A stretch of 64,000 bases of DNA from Giardia intestinalis. Taxonomy: Eukaryota. The translations under genes and the position numbers were made by a program. A model generated the notes under the pieces. That model made no database searches. It had not been told where the DNA came from and saw only the letters and a program-made list of their open reading frames with translations. Below, in pieces: positions 38,453 to 48,400 of this stretch. The DNA is taken from NCBI GenBank assembly GCA_000002435.2, contig CM018793.1, one strand, 5' to 3'. Positions within the stretch are counted from its first letter, which is position 1; every line of letters begins with the position of its first letter.

Positions 38453-38478
38453 AGTTTTTAAATTGGAAGCCTTACCAA

Positions 38479-40056
38479 CTAGGTCTTTGTAGCGGATTCC
38501 TCGTACTTTGCCGCATGTGGTCCGCGAAGGAATAGTTCACAGAGGTTCTGAATAGTGAACTCTGCTCCTCTAGTATCATCACTGTCCAAATTGAGGATAA
38601 TGCTACAGTCGCTAATCATATCCGTAGAGGTCAGACAATGAGACACGCAGAAGATCTGGTCAATTTCGTGACTGAGTCGATTGTAGACACTACTATTTAG
38701 AGTTAGTCGCACCCATACAGTGTATCGGTTGGCCGTCAAAGCTAGTGACCAGTCCAGATACTTAAGGATTGCCTCTTGGATGTCTGTCAGACACGTCTGA
38801 GGCGGCAGAGTTAAGAGCTCGTTTGCGTTGGCAAACAATGTGGTTTCTATCTCTGGCAGGAAGAACGTTTGGGGAAGAGATGGCCTATCTCCAGAGTGGG
38901 TAGTGGAGTAAAATGTATTAGCCGATGCCTTAAGCAACGATTCGCGGGAAGGCAAAAGAGTTTGGCTAAGAGAGCTATTTAGAGTGATGGCTTGAAGGTC
39001 GCCAACGTAAGGTAGGGTAATCGAGGACGTCACCTCATCGCATGCCTGGTTCAATGCTTTCCCCACATCTTGGCAACGAGAGAGAAGGCCCGCATATTCC
39101 TTCAGCGTGTATATAGGTATATTTGTGAGAAGAGCAAAGATCACAATAGGGCTTATCCAGAGCTCCACGGCATCCACCAAACACAACATCGCGTCTCTGT
39201 TGGCCATCACTAGACTCCAGTTATATGCAAGCTGTGCAAACAAATCGAAGAGCCGCCGGATCAGAACGTACTTACCCTTTAGGGAGTCTCCATACCAGCC
39301 AGTCGACCCCGCAGTTGATGCATTTGTGCCTCCAAGCAGTCGCGGAAGTATCTCATCCAATTCTGAGGTGTCCTGGCACGTGGTAAGAATGTAGAGGGTG
39401 TCGCACTTGGGCTGCAAAACAGTCAGTGACAAGCTAGACTCATCGAGAACAGATGAAAAGGAGTTCTCCTGTGCTGTTGGTGTGAAGGGGTTCTGTCTTA
39501 GAATGAAGCTAGGGTGCATCCGAAACCGAGCAGAGGCCAGGACTTTGCTAACGGAGGGCTGCTCCAGGACTGTCTTGGATAAATCGGAGAGACACATGCT
39601 TGCCTGATTGGCGTCCTTGATGCTAATGATTGCGGAAGATACGGTAGCAAACTCTTCGTGCCGGACGCCAACAGGATCCGCGTCCGCTGTAGAAAAACGT
39701 GCAGAGGGCTGCCAATTATTACCAGATACTGACAGGTGAGTGTGCTGCGATACGTCTCGCTCGTGCTTATCTAAATAAAACGCTACAGTGTATGTGCCAC
39801 GCTGGCTTGCCGAGATGCTAAATGGAGGTTTAAATGCAAAGCTGTCCGTGGATATACGGCTCCACGTGCCATTGACGGGCTTAAAATACATGGACTTTGG
39901 ATAGCTTTCGAGGTAGACCTTCCCATCGTTCATGCGAAACGTCACCTGTAGAAGAGCATTTGGAGGAAACCAGCGAGGAGCTATGTCATGCAGAAACCCG
40001 GTCTTCAAGCTGCCGGTCTCCCACTTCTTGTTTTTGTGCCGAAAGATAATACGCAT
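38479..40056 (-). CDS. Hypothetical 525-aa protein.
   Basis: Long ORF. Start 'ggtaaattaaagagggtATG'. Confidence 0.5.
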   Translation of the reverse strand: MRIIFRHKNKKWETGSLKTGFLHDIAPRWFPPNALLQVTFRMNDGKVYLESYPKSMYFKPVNGTWSRISTDSFAFKPPFSISASQRGTYTVAFYLDKHERDVSQHTHLSVSGNNWQPSARFSTADADPVGVRHEEFATVSSAIISIKDANQASMCLSDLSKTVLEQPSVSKVLASARFRMHPSFILRQNPFTPTAQENSFSSVLDESSLSLTVLQPKCDTLYILTTCQDTSELDEILPRLLGGTNASTAGSTGWYGDSLKGKYVLIRRLFDLFAQLAYNWSLVMANRDAMLCLVDAVELWISPIVIFALLTNIPIYTLKEYAGLLSRCQDVGKALNQACDEVTSSITLPYVGDLQAITLNSSLSQTLLPSRESLLKASANTFYSTTHSGDRPSLPQTFFLPEIETTLFANANELLTLPPQTCLTDIQEAILKYLDWSLALTANRYTVWVRLTLNSSVYNRLSHEIDQIFCVSHCLTSTDMISDCSIILNLDSDDTRGAEFTIQNLCELFLRGPHAAKYEESATKT

Positions 40057-40063
40057 ACCCTCT

Positions 40064-42358
40064 TTAATTTACCACCGTTGGGGTTACAACGATGCGGTCA
40101 GCCAATAGCCGAAGACTCGCCATTAGCCGTCTGCTGTGACCAAGGTTTTCCCGAGAGACCCGTGCCTTCTTTCTGTACATCACAAGAGAAGAGTAGAGCA
40201 CCTTCAACGACTCCGCAACAATCTCGTTGGCTACAAAGAACAAGGAGGTATTTTCGATTAGAGATAAATAGTCTTGCAATGTATCACATGCAATGCTAGC
40301 GATCTCCGCGTCTGCATCAAAGGACGCTTGTTGCCTTTGCACAGCACGTATTGTACGAAATACGTACTTTAGCCGCAGAAGAGAAAAGCCCTTGCCGCCT
40401 CCCTTGTTTCTCTCATTAGTTAGCGAACCGAGAGAGTCGAAAAATAAAGACCACAATCTACGAAGAAGAGCGCCCAGTGTGTAGCTATCAATCACTTCAG
40501 GATGCTTGATAATCTCCTCTATGGAAAGCTTTCCAATCAGAATGGCCATTAGGACCGCAAATTTGTGGTGTCGAATGCCAGATGCTTTCGGTTCTGCGGC
40601 ACTGTAGTGTTCGAACTGAGCCGTCTGTCGCTGACCCACATTGAGGGCAGGGTGTGTTGAGTGTTGGATGTCTCCTAGAGCCCCATCATTGAGCATCATG
40701 AAATCTATCCCGGCGTCGTCCAGGATCAACCCCGTGGTGTTGTCGCGACCTATCAAGAAGTCAAGCCCAATCATGTCGTCGATCAACTCGTCATTATTGG
40801 CCATGTCTTCTCTAAAGCGGTCTCCCGGACCGGCAGCATTAGCATATGTAGTTCCTAGATCGACGAAAAACTTGTGCATGTCCGTTATCGGCTCGGAGGC
40901 CGTGATGTTATAGAGCTTACGTTGAACGTTAATGATTGCAGTACTGAGACGCTTCACATCCCTAGCCTCCTTGTCCCCGAGGACGTATCCATACCACCCC
41001 CCGTAGAACCGTATGTCCCCTACGCCCATGCGGGCAGCGGTGGCCAAGAGGGAGTGGATCAGGAAGTCAAATAGATAGAGCAGGCATCCTGGACAAGAGT
41101 TGTTGTAAGAGTAGATGTGCAGAGGCAGCAGGTCTTTCAGATACGCTGGAGGAACACCGTAGTGGCAACATCCCTGGGTCACCTCCAAGGATAGCACCTG
41201 TGCCTCCTGCGCAAGGCTGTTGGCACGATTGAATGTTGCACTGAAACCGTTCCAATCCACTATGTAAAGGGACCGTGAGATGGACGAAAGGATGGTGTGC
41301 ATAAGTCTCACATCCTCAACGTAAAAGCAAGGAATTTGATCTCTGTAACGGTCTGGTACGTAGGAGCGCTTGTGGAAGAACCTTTTCCTGGCCATTTCTG
41401 CGGAACTCTGGCCTGGCTTGGCTTCTCCTAATCGACTGAAGAGCTCTGTACGTCTCCTGGCTTCGGCTCCGCTTTCTCCAAACTGAACTGCAATTGCATT
41501 GATATTGGTTGCATCCATAACATCGCTCTCTGCAGCTAAAATCTCAGCTACGCGTCTTGCTAATAAGTCATAGGTTTGCGCCCCAAAGCCAATGGAGAGC
41601 GATGCAGACACGGGCAGAAGCATGTCTGGTCGCTCCAAGATGTCTATTGGTCGTGAGACAAGTGCGCCGTGAAAGACTGCCACAAATCTTATCATTGCGA
41701 TGGACGGAAGGACCAGGTAGTAAATCATATGATAGTTCACGGCGATGGTGGACGGCGCATTCCGTACGAGAAGGTTGAGTAGCCATGCGACGCACGAGAA
41801 GAGGATTGTCCAGCGTATGGCAGCACTGAGAATAAAGATCAGGGTGACCTTGATCGAGTGGCGCAGACCCGCATAGATGCCGATGTAATATGGAGACGTG
41901 AGTCGCAGGGTACCCTTTGCGTGTACTATAGAGCGAAGAAAGAGAGTGAAGAGAACCGTGACAAGTGCATATACAAGAGCGTCTGTGCTTTCGAGCCAAG
42001 TCAAGTCCACAGGTGAGAAGCGCGAGGCCAGCGTAAAGACATCACTATTGGGGCTTGTGTAGGCAACTCTCGGCTCCAGATGCAAAAGCTCGAGTGTGAA
42101 TAGAAACCCGAAAACCAGAACGAGTGGGGTGCCCAGGGAATTGTTCCGAGAGTAGTAAAGGCATGATGTGAGGAAGGGTGACAGGAAGAGGAACAAGGTG
42201 GTAACAGGCGTCCGGTCGTAGACCTGGGGCATGCAGGCGTAAAAGACCATCGAGAGAAACGTATTACAGAGGATCGTCACAAACGCGCATCGGAATGTCC
42301 ACGTCCGCATGAACGAGCGAATGCTGTCGTTGGTGCTACATATAAACGATGGCAGCAT
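40064..42358 (-). CDS. Multi-pass membrane protein (about 8 N-terminal TMs plus a soluble C-terminal domain). An oligosaccharyltransferase STT3-like identity is only a weak guess.
   Basis: Hydrophobic N-terminal 300 aa. 'FYGGWYGYVLGD' is reminiscent of the STT3 'WWDYGY' motif but not convincing. Confidence 0.5.
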   Translation of the reverse strand: MLPSFICSTNDSIRSFMRTWTFRCAFVTILCNTFLSMVFYACMPQVYDRTPVTTLFLFLSPFLTSCLYYSRNNSLGTPLVLVFGFLFTLELLHLEPRVAYTSPNSDVFTLASRFSPVDLTWLESTDALVYALVTVLFTLFLRSIVHAKGTLRLTSPYYIGIYAGLRHSIKVTLIFILSAAIRWTILFSCVAWLLNLLVRNAPSTIAVNYHMIYYLVLPSIAMIRFVAVFHGALVSRPIDILERPDMLLPVSASLSIGFGAQTYDLLARRVAEILAAESDVMDATNINAIAVQFGESGAEARRRTELFSRLGEAKPGQSSAEMARKRFFHKRSYVPDRYRDQIPCFYVEDVRLMHTILSSISRSLYIVDWNGFSATFNRANSLAQEAQVLSLEVTQGCCHYGVPPAYLKDLLPLHIYSYNNSCPGCLLYLFDFLIHSLLATAARMGVGDIRFYGGWYGYVLGDKEARDVKRLSTAIINVQRKLYNITASEPITDMHKFFVDLGTTYANAAGPGDRFREDMANNDELIDDMIGLDFLIGRDNTTGLILDDAGIDFMMLNDGALGDIQHSTHPALNVGQRQTAQFEHYSAAEPKASGIRHHKFAVLMAILIGKLSIEEIIKHPEVIDSYTLGALLRRLWSLFFDSLGSLTNERNKGGGKGFSLLRLKYVFRTIRAVQRQQASFDADAEIASIACDTLQDYLSLIENTSLFFVANEIVAESLKVLYSSLVMYRKKARVSRENLGHSRRLMASLRLLADRIVVTPTVVN

Positions 42359-42612
42359 TAGGGGCCCAACGACGCCGACTCAGCAAAATTTACTGACTGA
42401 AATCAAAACTGATAAACCAAGCCCCGCACCAACCAAGAAGGGGGACACCGGGCTATCCAGAAGCATTGCCAGGCGCACAGAAAAGGATATGCACAAAGGA
42501 ATTTTCTTTGCTCAATAGGAAGAGACGCGTTGCTTCGTGCTGACAGGCTTATAAAGCAGCTGACGCGTTCCTCGTGTCTTACACAGAAACCTCTGTCTCT
42601 CTGCCGGATCAC

Positions 42613-43476
42613 TCATTGAATACTGCTCCCTTTCAATGAAGCCCCTGGGATCTGAGCAAACTCAGGCCAATACCCCCGATCCAAAGCGCAGAGAACGCAG
42701 ATTGGAAGATCGGCTGGTCCAAGAGAAGAGGGGATTCTAGATGGAGGTTGGTTCACAGGACCAAGCGGACTCAGGGATCGCAGAGTCTTTTGTATAGTTG
42801 TGGAGGTAATTGTCGGTATCCTGCTCACCGTGCGCCTTTCTTTTTCCAGAGGTGGAAGTGCTTGCCACCTGTGAGAGGATAAAGCGTGAAACTCAGCTGT
42901 TAGATTCGGAAATAAAACGGGTGCTGCAGGAGTAATGGATGGCCTACGGGAGGCATTGAAACTTTGCTGTGTACTCCTGTTCGTCATCGTGCAAGGCTGA
43001 GAAGAACGACAGAGTAGGGTAGGGTACGTTGTAATCAGCTCTGCCTCCATCGAGCCGGTGCGCTCATGATGGATAAAGTCTCTTTGTAAACACTGCCCAG
43101 AGGTATCCTCATGTGGTGCTTGTGGTCCTGCATTCATGGTAACTAACTTCGAGGATGTGCTCCGGCCAAATGTTTTGAAATTGCTGGGATCAACTCTAGA
43201 ATAGCCTAAGACTTCTTCTATGCAGGCGATGGACTTTCCAAAGAGCTCCTCAGAGGCAGGATCCTCAAGAGAAAGGATCCGTTCAGAAAGGTCTGGCCGG
43301 GCAAGAAGCTCGGATGCCGCTTCCGTGAGCATGAGCTTTTTTCTCTGCTTGGATGCGATTTTGGGATCGACATGGCGGAATACAAGTCTCGCGTCGTCAT
43401 GGCTCTTAGAGATATCGGAGATCAAGTCTGTAGAGAAGGATACCTTCGTATCTGGTTTGCTATTCAACGGGCCCAC
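42613..43476 (-). CDS. Hypothetical 287-aa protein.
   Basis: ORF only. Confidence 0.4.
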   Translation of the reverse strand: MGPLNSKPDTKVSFSTDLISDISKSHDDARLVFRHVDPKIASKQRKKLMLTEAASELLARPDLSERILSLEDPASEELFGKSIACIEEVLGYSRVDPSNFKTFGRSTSSKLVTMNAGPQAPHEDTSGQCLQRDFIHHERTGSMEAELITTYPTLLCRSSQPCTMTNRSTQQSFNASRRPSITPAAPVLFPNLTAEFHALSSHRWQALPPLEKERRTVSRIPTITSTTIQKTLRSLSPLGPVNQPPSRIPSSLGPADLPICVLCALDRGYWPEFAQIPGASLKGSSIQ

Positions 43477-43481
43477 TGCTT

Positions 43482-44150
43482 TTATATTTGTGGCAAATCA
43501 TCTGATGTATCTGTGTATGTAGCGAGGGTGGCACTGAGAACGGTAGAAAGTTTACGAAGACTATACAATTTGCTGACCGTCCTTCCCCTCAAGCACTGAT
43601 GTGAAAGCTCTGCCGATCTAACGGGCCGTCCGTGAAGCAGCGGTCCTAGAATGATGGCCCTGTTGATCCCCTGGACAGCAGCAGCGCGGGCCAACGGGGA
43701 CTCTTCTACTTGGCTTATGCTGGGCACCTCTGCTGGGCACAGGCTGCCATTGAGTGGCATGGGTGAGACGGCCAGCCCGATACTGACAGCCTGCTCACTG
43801 GGTTGCATATCGTGATCAAGTATGCGTATGACAGCAGACTCATTGGAGTCAGCAGACCCCCTCTCTACGGGAGTACATCCTATGTCGATAGTCTCACCGG
43901 CGGAACTACCTCTCAAGTGTATATTCTCAGCGGCTTTGGCAGCAATTTCAATAGTAGGAGCTGTGGCAGAACGCGATGTGTGCCTCTTGTCTTCAATCGC
44001 TTTGGAAGTCATAGCAGGTACTGGTTCCCATAATGCTGTGTCGAGGGGAGTGAGCTGGATGCAGCTTTCTTCCTCAATAGTAACTAGGCGTGGCTCCTGT
44101 GCTTGTGGAATGCCTACGAGAGGGGATAGCAAGGGTCTTTTAGTCCTCAT
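43482..44150 (-). CDS. Hypothetical 222-aa protein.
   Basis: ORF only. Start 'aaaataaATG' is shared (divergent) with the next gene. Confidence 0.4.
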   Translation of the reverse strand: MRTKRPLLSPLVGIPQAQEPRLVTIEEESCIQLTPLDTALWEPVPAMTSKAIEDKRHTSRSATAPTIEIAAKAAENIHLRGSSAGETIDIGCTPVERGSADSNESAVIRILDHDMQPSEQAVSIGLAVSPMPLNGSLCPAEVPSISQVEESPLARAAAVQGINRAIILGPLLHGRPVRSAELSHQCLRGRTVSKLYSLRKLSTVLSATLATYTDTSDDLPQI

Positions 44151-44157
44151 AAAATAA

Positions 44158-45312
44158 ATGGGCGAAACGGATATTTTGCCATCACGGCAGGCTTCCCCAA
44201 GGGCGAGTGCAGAAGCCTCTGCGCAGCTCTATAAGCCGTGGGAGTACTTGAAACGCGCACAGGCCCTCCAGCCGAACCTACAAGAGACCAGCCCGTGTCA
44301 GCGAGGGCCTTACAATCTAGCCTCCGAGGATCCCGGAGACAGAATACCCCTGTCTAAACATGATCGGCTAGTGACAAGCCCGCAGAAAATCGATGATGCA
44401 GACGGGGTCGCGCTTCCGGTTCTCCGTCAACCGCCTTCCGTCAAGGAAGGTGTGGCTGGGCGGTCTAAGAAGCGATCTTCCAGCTTGGCTACAGTACGGG
44501 CTACAGCCGGAACTGCCGACTACTCCTCAGCAGAGCCTCGCAGCGGTAAGCGTGCGCCTTACCAGAACCTAAACCCCATTCGGTATCGACTTTTCCTTGA
44601 CCAACTATCGTTCCGCAAGAAGACGAACAGTGTTCCAGAGCCCAGCCTGCTCTTGTCTCCACTCGAAACCAGCCTTCTCTCCAACGACAAGCAAAGACTC
44701 CCCGCCGCAAAGCCATGGATTGGATTCCGCTACAACCTGAAACGATCGGATCCGGTAGTCTTCTCCCCTGTTCTCGTCACTAACAGTGATTTATTGGATT
44801 ATGACGGCGCCCCTAGCCTGGCAGACTCACATCGATATAAGATGTTCACTCAGAGCGGGAGCAAATCCATGACAGTCAGCGCTCCGGTCCTGCAGACGAC
44901 TCCCTTAAACTCCTCAACTATCCTTTCTAAGGCTGATGAGTCTCTTCTCTGTGGCTATAACACCATTAGTGCATGCAAGAAAATGCTTGCGCGGTCATTT
45001 TCCAAGCGATCCTCCAGTACAGTCACCCACCGAAGCCTGTCTACCGGTCTAGCAGACGCAGAACAGACCAAGAGTACGACCAACAGCCCGTACGACTCAA
45101 TTTTGCTGGAATTTGCAGACGATGTTGTTCCATTTGCTGAATCATCCAATCACACTCCTCACCAACGGGCCCTAATCAAGGCTCAAGAGCAGCGAATACA
45201 ACACCTAGTAGATACGCAGCCCGATGTGCTAGCAGAGGCCGAGCCCCCCTCCTTTGCCAGCTACTACGTGCGATCAAGAAGGGGGTCCACGGGGATCAAC
45301 AGCGTAAGTTAG
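44158..45312 (+). CDS. Hypothetical Ser-rich 384-aa protein.
   Basis: Start 'cataaaataaATG'. Confidence 0.45.
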   Translation: MGETDILPSRQASPRASAEASAQLYKPWEYLKRAQALQPNLQETSPCQRGPYNLASEDPGDRIPLSKHDRLVTSPQKIDDADGVALPVLRQPPSVKEGVAGRSKKRSSSLATVRATAGTADYSSAEPRSGKRAPYQNLNPIRYRLFLDQLSFRKKTNSVPEPSLLLSPLETSLLSNDKQRLPAAKPWIGFRYNLKRSDPVVFSPVLVTNSDLLDYDGAPSLADSHRYKMFTQSGSKSMTVSAPVLQTTPLNSSTILSKADESLLCGYNTISACKKMLARSFSKRSSSTVTHRSLSTGLADAEQTKSTTNSPYDSILLEFADDVVPFAESSNHTPHQRALIKAQEQRIQHLVDTQPDVLAEAEPPSFASYYVRSRRGSTGINSVS

Positions 45313-45449
45313 CGCAATTGCCGGCCCATGGAGTCAGCAGCCCTCTCGGTAAATTATTTTCCTCGTGTTTAGGCTTTACTACTAATCATCACATTTGACC
45401 TACACCTTTGATAGGGTTTAAAACATATTCTTTTGTTTGACAATCATAA

Positions 45450-48400
45450 ATGTCGGGCACTCGTCTTCGGACCGCACCGTCGTACACCCCTGAAGATTTG
45501 GCGAGCGTGATTGCCGGGACCGCCAGTGACGCTGTGATCAAGGCGGTCCTGAACACGGCCGTTGCCAAGCGAGAGCTAGATGTCCTCGAGAGGCTCCGCG
45601 CTGAGGGCCCATTCAGCATCCAGCGCTGCGCAGAGCGCCGTCTGAAGGTTCCGGCCATTGCCAAGCTGATCAGGAACTCGGGCGCGGCTCCTCCTCCCTC
45701 TCTGCCATCGTTCGATTCCTTCACCGGTAACTTTAATCCTTCTATCTTCAAGAGAGCCGTCAAGTCGTTTTACAGGCAGACCCGCCAGCTTCCGTGTGAG
45801 GCGCTTTACAGCGTGTACTTCATCCAGGGCAGCTTTGCCGTTTTCCCCCGTTGCTTTGAGGCGGGCTTCCAGGCCTTTATGCTCAATAAGCTGAGCCTTG
45901 CTTTAGATGACTACAGGGCGAAGTTCACCCTTGACGAGACCCAGACAGCCGAGTCGTCAGATGCGTTGGTGAGGCTCAGAAACATCTGTGCCTACTACGA
46001 GAAGCTGTACTCTCTGGAAGGTATTCGCATCTACTGCTCAGCCCCATCTCAAGGCGTTCCCCTGTCAAGGGAGCAGAGGAAGGCTTGTTCTAGACAGGAA
46101 TTCGCCAACTTCAAAGACCCCCTGGCGGTCAGACAATGCAAGTATCCCCACGAGCTTATCCTGGAGAAGCTTCCCACCAAGGCATTTCTGACGATTCTTT
46201 CGGGATCCTCTTATCCGTCGATTCCCTTCGTTAAGCAGGCAGCCTCGATGAACCCCGTGAAGACTCTTCTGCTGCTCGGCGTCTTGAGCGAGCCCAACGG
46301 CACCGAGGCCCCACGGGTCAACTTCTCCATCTTCGACATGCGCCTCCGCGATGACCTTGTTGTCTATGCGGCCAACGATAGAGGCTTCAAGCTGGCCTAT
46401 TCGTATCACAACCTGACACACTGGTGGATAAACACTTATCTGATTGAGCTTCTGGACACGGGGTTGATGAAGAATCTCGTCAACTCGGGCTACTTCGACC
46501 TCGAAACTGTCTTTGTGCTTACCTTTATGAAGCATCGGGACCCCACTGAAATAGGGCCATCTCTCGACCTCCTTACCTCGTACTTTGCGAAAGTATCACA
46601 GGGGCTCATTCCATTCTTTTCTGGTGACATGATCGAGGTGGATCGGACTCTCCGGGGAGGGGAAAAGGCGGACCCCCATCACGTGCTCGATAAGATGGTC
46701 TCCTCAACCGCGAAGCTGCTTCTCATTTTCCTGGAGTATATGGTCTGCTGGACGCTCGGGATCGGCCGGAAACAGCTTCTTTCGGAGCAAGACCTTGCAG
46801 CTCTGAAGCCGGAGGAGGTTTACACGTGTGTCTCGACCAGTACCATTCTGTCGGCCTTCATGGCGAAGACAAAGAGCTTAGCAAGCGCGCAGTCTGCGTT
46901 CACACTCTACATCCTTGCCCACCAAGTAGCGGTGCTTCACAAGGCCCAGGGAATGGACTGCCCGAAGATCATTTCTAATCTGTCTCTCCAGCAGTACATA
47001 GAGAAGTCGCACCTCCTGACAAACAAGGATGCGCATATCCGCTCTTCTGTTCTTGTCTCTCTCTGCAGACACTGTGAAGCCTTTGCGTCCATGGCCCGCA
47101 TCACGGCTTCGTGCAAGCAGCTACACAAGGTCTTCCTGGACGAGGCTCACGAGACAGCCACATACATCAGGTCCATTGTCGACAAGTTCCTAAAGGACAA
47201 GGAAGCCTTGAGCAACGCTTCCAACTATCTTAACTCGAGATTTGATTCTGATGAGGCCGTTTATAACCTTTTCTATGTTGCGCGGCTCCACGACGTGCTG
47301 TTCCGACTCTGCCCTGAGAAGGCGTCGACTGAGTTTTTCACGAGAGCCTTGAGGGTCTACTTGCGGTTCTCAGGGGATGGTTCGATCAGCATCTCTGATA
47401 GTTACTCTGTCCTCTGTAAAATCTCTACCAGATGGCAGGAAAAGCTTCAGGGAACAATGGATCCCAGCTACAAGTATACTCCGACGCACTACCCGAGCGG
47501 CTGTCTTGTGTCAGTAGAGTATCCGCACCACGTTGACCAGCTGACCTACGACACCTTGTCCAGTGAGATACGGAGTGCCTTGTCGTGTGAAGATCTTTCC
47601 TTGCTCTCCCCTGTGGACATGTCTCGCTACATTGCCCCACGGATTGAGCCGTCCGCCTTCTACGTCGGTCCTGGGTACATGTACAGACGGCACCATCCTG
47701 TCGTTGCAGTCCCACTCCTGTCAGCCTCTTCGGCAGACTCAGTCCTGCTTTCGGTTCCTCTTCGCGTGGCGCCTCGTGACCCGACAAAGAAGGCCGCTAC
47801 GCCATCCCTCAGCGAGAAGACAGAAAAGATTCTCCAGGGCTTGTCCTATTTGCTATTCCGGGACAGGTTTGCCGGCCTGAAGAAGAGCCTGCAACATCTC
47901 GTTCTCCACAAAGACGTCTTGGCTCCTGCCGTGAACGGAGGGGCGCCAGTTGCCGAGAGACTCTTCCAGTATGTGCAGTCTCTTCACAGTTATGTCACGC
48001 GCCTTCTGGGAACTCTGGCTAGAGTTCCAATCTACGACAAGAGCATGCTTATTTGTCACAACAAGGATTTGACAGAGGAACAGGCGCTTTCCCTCGCTAC
48101 AAGAGCCTCCGCGATTGTCCTGAATTATTCCAACAGAAACCTCAAGGACCTGCAGAGTGTTCTTGAAAAGTACATCTCAGTCTTCTTTGAGACTACCCTC
48201 TCCATTAAGAGCGTCAGCGAGCACATCGTGAAGCCAATTTCACTTTTGATTCCGTCGAATGACATGAAGGTATCGCTGCAGCGTAAGCACAATCAACTTC
48301 TTAGGGCGCAGGACCCGTACTTCGCCTCTCCTCCGACAAATGTCCAGATCAGGTTCGACTTCAAGGGCACAGAGGAGTACTACAAAACTCTGATGAGCCT

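Noticed and set aside
42990-43010. 'TAGGGTAGGG' telomere-like repeat.
   Set aside because: Only two units, inside a coding region. Chance occurrence.
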